From positions 129,247 to 193,246 of the forward strand of contig DUUO01000005.1 of assembly GCA_012841525.1 (NCBI GenBank): 64,000 bases of DNA, read 5' to 3'. The stretch's first letter is position 1, and each line of letters begins with the position of its first letter. This DNA is from Clostridiales bacterium (GTDB lineage: Bacteria > Bacillota > Clostridia > Christensenellales > DTU072). Below, piece by piece: positions 57,253-64,000 of this stretch. Under the pieces are notes generated by a model. The model was not told the origin of the DNA and ran no database searches. It saw only the letters and a list, made by a program, of their open reading frames with translations. The position numbers were made by a program, and so were the translations under genes.

Positions 57253-59595
57253 TTATTTATCAGCTTTTATTAAAAATGATTCAATAATATCTCCCTCTTC
57301 TAAAGAGTCTATTTTGTCTAACCCTATTCCACATTCAATTCCAGAAGATACTTCTTTAACATCATCTTTAACTCTTTTTAATGAAGTTATGCTAGTTTCA
57401 GCAATAACAATATTATCTCTAATCAAACGAACATTTGCATTTCTAACAATTTTACCATCTTTAACAATACAACCTGCAATTAATCCAACACCTGATATTT
57501 TGTATACGGCCTTTACTTCAGCGCTTCCTAAATATTCTTCTCTAAATTTAGGTGTAGTTAATCCTTTAATTGCCATAGAAACATCATCAATAGCATCATA
57601 AATTACTCTGTATAATTTAATTTCAATACCTTTTTCTTCTGCAAGCATCTTTGCTTTAGCATCAGGACGCACATTAAATCCTATAATTACTGAATTAGTT
57701 GTTTCAGCAAGTATTATATCACTTTCATTTATTGCACCAGCCATTGCATGAATTACATTTACTTTTACTTCTTCATTACTCAACTCTTCTAAGCTATTTT
57801 TTATGGCTTCAGCAGAACCTTGAACATCAGTTTTGATAATAAGATTCAAGTTTTTAAGTTTTCCCTCTTCAATTTCTCTGTATAAATCATCTAAAGATGC
57901 TTTGGTGGAAACAATTTTTTGCGTTTTCTCTTTATTCAATCTTTCTTGTACAACTTGTCTCATTGTTTTTTCATCTTCTGTTGCCAAAAGCATATCACCA
58001 GCCAAAGGAACGTCTTGTAATCCCTGTATAGAAACAGCATCAGATGGACCAGCTAGTTTTACTCTTTTTCCTAAGTCATTATACATTGCTCTTATTTTTC
58101 CACTAGTTAAACCTACTACTACATAAGATCCCACAGTAAGAGTACCATTTTGAATGATTACAGTAGCAACGGGTCCCATTCCTTTATCAAGCTTTGCCTC
58201 TACAATAACACCTTGAGCTTTTCGTTTAGGATTTGCCTTCAGTTCTTTAATTTCTGCTAATACTAAAATGGTTTCCAATAAATCATTTATGCCTTCACCA
58301 GTTTTAGCAGAAACTTTAACGATTGGAGTATCTCCACCCCATTCTTCTGGCAACAATGATTGTTCTGATAATTGAGTATATATTCTATCAATATTACCTA
58401 CTCCCTTATCAATTTTATTGATTGCAACTATTATGCTAGCATTTGCAGCCTTGCTATGATTTATAGCCTCAATAGTTTGTGGCATTACACCATCATCTGC
58501 TGCAACAACAATTATTACTATATCTGTTAGATTTGCACCTCTTGCTCTCATGTCAGTAAACGCAGCATGACCAGGAGTATCAACAAAAGTAATTTTTTGC
58601 TTATTAAATGTAATTGAATATGCACCAATATGTTGTGTTATGCCGCCTGCTTCTCTTTTTGTAACATTTGTCTTTCGAATAAAATCAAGAATTGAAGTCT
58701 TACCATGGTCTACATGACCCATAATTGTTACAATTGGAGGTCTGGATTCTAAATCTTTTAAATCATCTTGTTCAGTAGTATTATAATACTCTAACACCAT
58801 TTCTTCTGTTGTCTTTGGCACATCTAAATCTAGAGTAACTCCAAGTTCATTTGCAACTAGCGAGGCTGTATCAAAATCAATGGTTTCATTTATAGTTTTT
58901 GATATTCCTAAAAGAAATAATTGTTTTACAATATCGTTACTGGGCTTGCCAATTTTTTCTGATAAATTTTTTATTGTAATGTTTTCTGTTGTGAGGGTCG
59001 CAGATGTAATTGGTTCAGCTTTTACAATAGTTTTTGTTTTTTTCTTAGTTGCTTTAGGTTTTCTAATTTGTGTTAGGACTCCACCTGAAACCTGGCTTTC
59101 TTCTGTTGACACAAATTTCCAATCATCTTCTTCTTTTTTATCACTAGATCCTGTTGTTTTGATCTTTTTGACTCTCTTTTTATTATCTTTTTCTTCATTC
59201 TTTTTGTTACTAGATTTGTCGTAACCTCTTTCAACATCAATAAAAGAAGGTGTGGTCTCTTGTGTTTTTTCTGGTTGCTTTATAATTTCGGGTTCGTCTT
59301 CTATTACTTGAGACTCTTCAATAATTTGTTGTTCTTCTATTTCATCTTCTTGTTCTGTTGTTTCAACACTAATGTCATCTTGTGAGTCAATTTCTTCATT
59401 TATTTCATCTGCTACTGCTACTTCTTGTTCTTTTAAATCTTCTTGTTTTTTTCTCAAATCTTCAATATGCAAACTTATTTGAGAAATCATTGCCTCTATT
59501 GATTTTCTATATCCCTCAATCTCAATTCTTGCAGCATCAATGTTTTTAAATAATTCTTCGTATTTAGTTTTGTAATCAATATTATTGTATCCCAT
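57253..59595 (-). CDS. infB: Translation initiation factor IF-2
   Basis: 780 aa. An acidic/basic low-complexity N-terminus is followed by a GTPase domain ([18 protein letters not shown]) and C-terminal domains. Confidence 0.95.
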   Translation of the reverse strand: MGYNNIDYKTKYEELFKNIDAARIEIEGYRKSIEAMISQISLHIEDLRKKQEDLKEQEVAVADEINEEIDSQDDISVETTEQEDEIEEQQIIEESQVIEDEPEIIKQPEKTQETTPSFIDVERGYDKSSNKKNEEKDNKKRVKKIKTTGSSDKKEEDDWKFVSTEESQVSGGVLTQIRKPKATKKKTKTIVKAEPITSATLTTENITIKNLSEKIGKPSNDIVKQLFLLGISKTINETIDFDTASLVANELGVTLDLDVPKTTEEMVLEYYNTTEQDDLKDLESRPPIVTIMGHVDHGKTSILDFIRKTNVTKREAGGITQHIGAYSITFNKQKITFVDTPGHAAFTDMRARGANLTDIVIIVVAADDGVMPQTIEAINHSKAANASIIVAINKIDKGVGNIDRIYTQLSEQSLLPEEWGGDTPIVKVSAKTGEGINDLLETILVLAEIKELKANPKRKAQGVIVEAKLDKGMGPVATVIIQNGTLTVGSYVVVGLTSGKIRAMYNDLGKRVKLAGPSDAVSIQGLQDVPLAGDMLLATEDEKTMRQVVQERLNKEKTQKIVSTKASLDDLYREIEEGKLKNLNLIIKTDVQGSAEAIKNSLEELSNEEVKVNVIHAMAGAINESDIILAETTNSVIIGFNVRPDAKAKMLAEEKGIEIKLYRVIYDAIDDVSMAIKGLTTPKFREEYLGSAEVKAVYKISGVGLIAGCIVKDGKIVRNANVRLIRDNIVIAETSITSLKRVKDDVKEVSSGIECGIGLDKIDSLEEGDIIESFLIKADK

Positions 59596-59753
59596 TAACT
59601 ACTCCTTATGATTTTATATGTTTCTTTTATAATATTGCCTTTCTTTATTAATTATCCAAATTTTTACAAATTTCATCTATTTTTAATTTTGAAAAATCAT
59701 AGTTTTTTATAATTTGAATGTCATTTTTTATTAATAAACATACATTATTACTT

Positions 59754-60869
59754 TTATTCATTTTCAGTATCTGTTAAAGTATCAAAGCCTCCCTCTGTGC
59801 GTTCTAATGCCTTGCTGTAAGGAATAACATCAATTTTATAACCTGTTAATTTAGCAGCAAGACGTGCGTTTTGGCCATTTTTCCCAATTGCCAAAGAAAG
59901 CTTATCATCAGGCACTACAACTTCGGCTTGTTTTAGAATTTCATTAAATCTAACTAACAAAACTTTGGCAGGACTTAATGCCCTAGTAATATATTCTGAA
60001 GGATTACTGCTATATAAAATAACATCAATTTTTTCACCCTTTAATTCAGAAACAATTGCATTAACTCTTGCGCCTTTAGGACCTATACATGTTCCAATAA
60101 CATCTATGCTGGATTCATTGGCAAAACCTACAGTTGGTTCATCAGAATAAACTGCCATTTTAGTACGATATCCTGCTTCTCTAACAATATTTTTAACTTT
60201 AACTAATCCAGTCTTCATCTCTGGCACTTCAATTTCAAATAATTTTTTAACAAAATATGGTGAACTTCTGCTAACATAAACTTGAGAACTTCCTTTATCT
60301 GTTGTTTTAACTTTTTTAACATATACTTTAATTTTGTCATTTACTGACAATTTTTCGCCGAAAACTTGATCATATTTAGACATAATTCCTTCAACTTGTG
60401 TACCAATAATTTCAACTGAAATCGCATTGGGATCAACTCTACGCACTATTGCAGGAACAAGTTCACCTTCTTTTTTGCTCATTTCTTCATTAATTATTGC
60501 CTTTCTTGCTTCATTAATCCTTTGTTTTATAACTTGGCTCCCAGTTTGAGTTGCAATTCGAGATAAATCAGCAGGAGTTACATCTTCTCCTATAATATCT
60601 CCAATTTGTGCATCAGGTTTTATTTTCTGAGCCTCTTGAAGTGATATTTCATAATCTTCTTCAGGCTCTTCTACAACTTTATGATAAGCAAAAATTTTAA
60701 TATATTTCTCTTCAGGATTAATAGTAACTTTAATTGCACGGCTATCACCACTATCTTTTTTAAATGCTGATGCCAGTCCAATCTCCAGTGTTTCTATAAG
60801 TTCTTCACCATCAATTTTCATATCTCTTTCTAATTCTTTTAGTGCTTCAAAAAAATCATTAACATCCAT
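59754..60869 (-). CDS. nusA: Transcription termination/antitermination factor NusA
   Basis: 371 aa with an N-terminal RNAP-binding domain, an S1 domain and two KH domains (GPKGARV, IGKNGQNARLA). Confidence 0.95.
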   Translation of the reverse strand: MDVNDFFEALKELERDMKIDGEELIETLEIGLASAFKKDSGDSRAIKVTINPEEKYIKIFAYHKVVEEPEEDYEISLQEAQKIKPDAQIGDIIGEDVTPADLSRIATQTGSQVIKQRINEARKAIINEEMSKKEGELVPAIVRRVDPNAISVEIIGTQVEGIMSKYDQVFGEKLSVNDKIKVYVKKVKTTDKGSSQVYVSRSSPYFVKKLFEIEVPEMKTGLVKVKNIVREAGYRTKMAVYSDEPTVGFANESSIDVIGTCIGPKGARVNAIVSELKGEKIDVILYSSNPSEYITRALSPAKVLLVRFNEILKQAEVVVPDDKLSLAIGKNGQNARLAAKLTGYKIDVIPYSKALERTEGGFDTLTDTENE

Positions 60870-60884
60870 TTGTTTTCCTCCAAA

Positions 60885-61361
60885 TTATTTTAACTTATTC
60901 ATATTTACATAAGGTTTTACTGATAAAACATCATCTTTTTTTATTATTATTTCCTTTTCATCACTTTCTATTTTAATTTCAACATCATTATATGATTTTA
61001 GAAAACCTACATATTTTAATTTTTTCTTTTTTTGCGGTTTTAATAAAATTTCTATTTCTTTGTCTACATTTCTTCTAAAATCATCATTTGTTATTATTGG
61101 CCTATCAAGACCAGGCGAAGATATATTTAAAATATAGCTTGCTCCATTTGTAATATCATTTTCTTCAAGGATTGGGTCTAATAAATCATTAACAAAAACA
61201 CAATCATTCAAGCTAATTCCTTCTTTTTTATAAATAAAAACTTCAAGATATTTTAATTTCCCTTTTGTCGAATATTTAATTTCTACAACTTCATATCCTT
61301 CCTTTTCTATAATTGGAACGAGCAGATCTTTAGCTTTATTTTCAATATTTTTTTGTGACAA
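60885..61361 (-). CDS. rimP: Ribosome maturation factor RimP
   Basis: 158 aa with SSPGLDRP. The TTG start at 61361 lies 7 nt after AGGAG, directly upstream of nusA. Confidence 0.9.
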   Translation of the reverse strand: MSQKNIENKAKDLLVPIIEKEGYEVVEIKYSTKGKLKYLEVFIYKKEGISLNDCVFVNDLLDPILEENDITNGASYILNISSPGLDRPIITNDDFRRNVDKEIEILLKPQKKKKLKYVGFLKSYNDVEIKIESDEKEIIIKKDDVLSVKPYVNMNKLK

Positions 61362-61382
61362 TTTATAACTCCTATATAATTA

Positions 61383-61409
61383 TTAAGAGTGGCCAAAGAC
61401 CACTCTTAA
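61383..61409 (-). promoter_or_regulatory. Stable hairpin in the rimP-nusA-infB leader (candidate attenuator)
   Basis: A perfect 10-bp stem TTAAGAGTGG/CCACTCTTAA with a 7-nt loop lies 22 nt upstream of the rimP start. It is followed on the mRNA by TAATTATAT, a weak and interrupted U-tract. Identical 10-mers TAGGAGTTAT flank it (61413-61422 and 61365-61374, mRNA sense). Confidence 0.3.
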
Positions 61410-61588
61410 GCAATAACTCCTAGATGCTATCTTAATCCTAACACAAAACATCAAAACAAATCAAATCTTTAATCCCTATATTAAAATCTGCACTAAAATT
61501 TTATGGTTAGTTACATTGAAACTCTTAACTTAATTGATACTATTTTATCAAGATATGTTTAAGTTTACTGTAATGCATTTTTTAAAAC

Positions 61589-62491
61589 TTATTGAATCTT
61601 TTTTAATACACTTAAAAAATGTTCATTTATTGGAGCCTCTATATGAATATTTTCTCCTGTAATAGGATGAATAAAGCTTATAGATTTTGCATGTAAAAGT
61701 TGATAATCTGCCTTTAGTTTAGATGATATTCCATATTTTTTATCACCTATTATTGGTTTATTAAAATGTTTACAATGAACTCTTATCTGGTGTGTCCTAC
61801 CAGTAATTAGCTCAAATTCGACTAAAGAATATTTTTTTTGATATTCTTCTAAAACTTTATATTTAGTAATTGCTTCACGACCTTCATTAAGTACTGTCAT
61901 CTTTTTTCTGTTTTTTGGATTTCGTCCAATATAAGTAGACCATATTCCAGCTTTTTCTTTAAATATCCCATAGACAAGAGCTACATATATTCTTGAAACA
62001 GCTTTTTCTTTAAACATTTCTTTTAATTTAAGATGTGTTTCATTATCTTTAGCAATAATTAAACAACCAGAAGTATCTTTATCTAATCTATGAACAATAC
62101 CTTGTCTTTCTTTTCCCGCAACATCTGAAAGCTTCACATTATCATACAATAATGCATTTACTAAAGTATTTTCATAATTCCCAGCACCAATATGTGTTGT
62201 TAAACCTGCTGGTTTATTTATTATCAATAAGTATGAATCTTCATACAATATATTATAACTAGCTTTAGTTTTTGTTATGATATTTTCATTTTTTTTCGTT
62301 AAGTCCAGTGGTAAGCTGATTTTTTGTCCTTTTTTAATTAAATTTGAAGGCCTAGAAACCAAAACATCATCTACTTTCACATCATTGTTTTTAATTAAAT
62401 TTTTAGCATAAGAACGTGAAATGCCCAATGTTTCCGAAAGGATTTTATCTAATCTATTATCACAATGTGAATTAAAATTATACAAACTCAT
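61589..62491 (-). CDS. rluD: Pseudouridine synthase, RluA/RluD family
   Basis: 300 aa. N-terminal S4 domain, catalytic HRLDKDTSG, and a GRTHQIR motif. Confidence 0.85.
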   Translation of the reverse strand: MSLYNFNSHCDNRLDKILSETLGISRSYAKNLIKNNDVKVDDVLVSRPSNLIKKGQKISLPLDLTKKNENIITKTKASYNILYEDSYLLIINKPAGLTTHIGAGNYENTLVNALLYDNVKLSDVAGKERQGIVHRLDKDTSGCLIIAKDNETHLKLKEMFKEKAVSRIYVALVYGIFKEKAGIWSTYIGRNPKNRKKMTVLNEGREAITKYKVLEEYQKKYSLVEFELITGRTHQIRVHCKHFNKPIIGDKKYGISSKLKADYQLLHAKSISFIHPITGENIHIEAPINEHFLSVLKKIQ

Positions 62492-62494
62492 AAA

Positions 62495-63070
62495 TCAAAA
62501 ATTTTTATTATCAACATCTGAATCATTATCATCTAGATGTTTTTTGTTTTTATCGTCTTTTATTTTTTTTGAAAAATAAACAATAACCCAAATGATTGCT
62601 AGTATGCATCCTATAGTTAAGGCACTATCTGCAAAATTAAACACAGGAAAATTAATTAATTCAAAATAAACAAAGTCTCTTACATACTCATATTTAAATC
62701 TATCTATCATGTTACCAAAACCACCTGCAGTTATTAGCACTAAAGCAGTTCTTAAAAGTGGATTTCTATCTTTTATTGTAAACACTATAAAAGCAAATAG
62801 TAAAATGACAGAAAACAAAGATACATAAGATAAAAACTTCGTGGAATTTTTCATCATTCCAAATGAAGCACCAGTATTTTCTACGGCTGTAAATCGCAAA
62901 ACATTTGGAATTAAAATTATATCTTCTCCAGTAACTTTTATTTTTCCATAAATATATTTTTTTGTTAACAAATCAATCATTAAAACAATTAAAACAAAAA
63001 AAACCTCAATAAAAAGATATAAAATAAATTTTTTGTTTTTCGCAAAAAAGCTTTGCAATTTATTTGCCAT
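62495..63070 (-). CDS. lspA: Lipoprotein signal peptidase (signal peptidase II)
   Basis: 191 aa with four TM helices and the NTGASFG, GGFGNMIDR and FNFADS motifs. It carries a charged C-terminal tail. Confidence 0.9.
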   Translation of the reverse strand: MANKLQSFFAKNKKFILYLFIEVFFVLIVLMIDLLTKKYIYGKIKVTGEDIILIPNVLRFTAVENTGASFGMMKNSTKFLSYVSLFSVILLFAFIVFTIKDRNPLLRTALVLITAGGFGNMIDRFKYEYVRDFVYFELINFPVFNFADSALTIGCILAIIWVIVYFSKKIKDDKNKKHLDDNDSDVDNKNF

Positions 63071-63093
63071 TTAAAAAACTCCTAGTTTTTAAT

Positions 63094-63759
63094 TTAATTA
63101 ACAAAATAATTTCTAGGGCCAAATAGTGCTTGCCCTATTCTAATCATATTTGATCCACATTTCAATGCTAAGTTATAATCACCGCTCATTCCCATAGATA
63201 AATATTTTAAGTCATAGTCTTTTTTAAGCAAATCGAAAGTTTCTCGTGCTTTAATAAAATATTTACTTAAAACATTTTCATCTTTCTCAAATGGAGTAAC
63301 TATCATTAACCCTTCTATTTTTAAGTTTTTATAACACTTAGCACAATCAAGAAATTGAGCAGTTTGTTCAAAACTTATGCCACCTTTGTTTGCTTCATTG
63401 CCAGCATTAATTTGCACAAAACATTTTTGAATGACATTATTTTTCTGTGATAAACGATCAATAGTTTTTAATAGAGATTCATTATCCACACTTTGAATAT
63501 ATCTAACTTTACCAATCAAATACTTTGCCTTATTAGACTGTAGCCTACCAATAAAATCCCAAGTTAAAGAGTCATTTTCTCTATATTTTTTCATAAATTC
63601 TTGAACTCTATTTTCTGCCATTATAATATCGTTAGAAAGCTCATGAAGACTGTCTATCTGCTCAATACTTTGTTGTTTGGTTGCAGCAATTATCTCCACT
63701 GGATATAATGCATTTTTTTGGATATTTTCTAATATTTGTTCTAATTTATCTTTAATCAT
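63094..63759 (-). CDS. yggS: YggS-family pyridoxal-phosphate homeostasis protein (YlmE)
   Basis: PLP-Lys context (IAATKQQ), GRLQSNK, and MGMSGDY...MIRIGQALFG. The start is assigned to ATG 63759 (MIKDK), which overlaps the upstream gene's stop as ATGATTAA; the track ORF starts at 63780. Confidence 0.85.
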   Translation of the reverse strand: MIKDKLEQILENIQKNALYPVEIIAATKQQSIEQIDSLHELSNDIIMAENRVQEFMKKYRENDSLTWDFIGRLQSNKAKYLIGKVRYIQSVDNESLLKTIDRLSQKNNVIQKCFVQINAGNEANKGGISFEQTAQFLDCAKCYKNLKIEGLMIVTPFEKDENVLSKYFIKARETFDLLKKDYDLKYLSMGMSGDYNLALKCGSNMIRIGQALFGPRNYFVN

Positions 63760-64000
63760 TGTTTTTAATATAATTTGCAATTATTATAGTATTATTTATT
63801 AATGTTTGAATTGTATCATTTCTAGATATATAAATGTTGTTATGATTCTTTGGTATTATAACACAATTATTGCTTCCAAGGTATGAAAAAACACCAAGTG
63901 TTTTATCTGTTAGTGTATAATAAATAATATTTTTAGTACTATCTATAATAAAACTATTTTCACTAAGTAAACTATTATATACATCTTTTGCCTTGCCAAT
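63752..64000 (-). CDS. C-terminal 82 codons of an unidentified protein (5' end beyond window)
   Basis: The minus-strand frame is open from base 64000 to the TAA stop at 63754-63752 (...IGKAKDVYNSLLSENSFIIDSTKNIIYYTLTDKTLGVFSYLGSNNCVIIPKNHNNIY...). It is absent from the ORF track because it has no start in the window. No family was recognised. Confidence 0.4.
   Translation of the reverse strand: MGKAKDVYNSLLSENSFIIDSTKNIIYYTLTDKTLGVFSYLGSNNCVIIPKNHNNIYISRNDTIQTLINNTIIIANYIKNND

Overview
AT-rich (roughly 27-28% GC by eye) chromosomal segment from a low-GC Bacillota organism with Clostridia-like gene order. It uses the standard genetic code: housekeeping ORFs are full length and a tRNA-Trp(CCA) is present. 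Content is almost entirely housekeeping and tightly packed. The plus-strand block (1-36050) carries secF', recJ, relA, a 6-tRNA cluster, pepP, efp, asp23-family, nusB, xseA, xseB, a large non-coding RNA plus a small membrane protein, nadK, argR, recN, pheST, mutS2, cysteine desulfurase-thiI, miaB, mutS, mutL, miaA, a PLP enzyme, a tyrosine recombinase, lexA and a PadR-membrane fusion. An htrA-like protease sits on the opposite strand within this block. The minus-strand block (36052-64000) carries rnhA, proC, an ispH::S1 fusion, cmk, an FAD oxidoreductase, surE, rluB, a 2730-aa surface protein, scpB, scpA, an M50 protease, ribF, truB, nrnA, rbfA, infB, nusA, rimP, rluD, lspA and yggS; a plus-strand tRNA-Trp sits between proC and ispH. 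The most notable item is a ~570-nt GC-enriched, ORF-free, helix-closed RNA at 10975-11550. It lies between xseB and a 4-TM protein inside the nusB...nadK-argR-recN operon, the signature position of OLE (ornate, large, extremophilic) RNA and its partner OapA. This call rests on synteny and hand-found helices only. Other items worth a second look: a giant GLUG/MBG-repeat tail-anchored surface protein wedged between scpB and rluB; a decaying tandem array copying the 3' end of the PLP-enzyme gene next to an orphan tyrosine recombinase; a divergent LexA with no Ala-Gly cleavage motif or recognisable SOS box, translationally coupled to a PadR-4TM fusion; and a hairpin flanked by a duplicated Shine-Dalgarno (SD, ribosome-binding) block in the rimP-nusA leader. 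No CRISPR array, prophage, transposase or recognisable defence cassette was seen. All calls come from reading the sequence and ORF track; no database search was possible.
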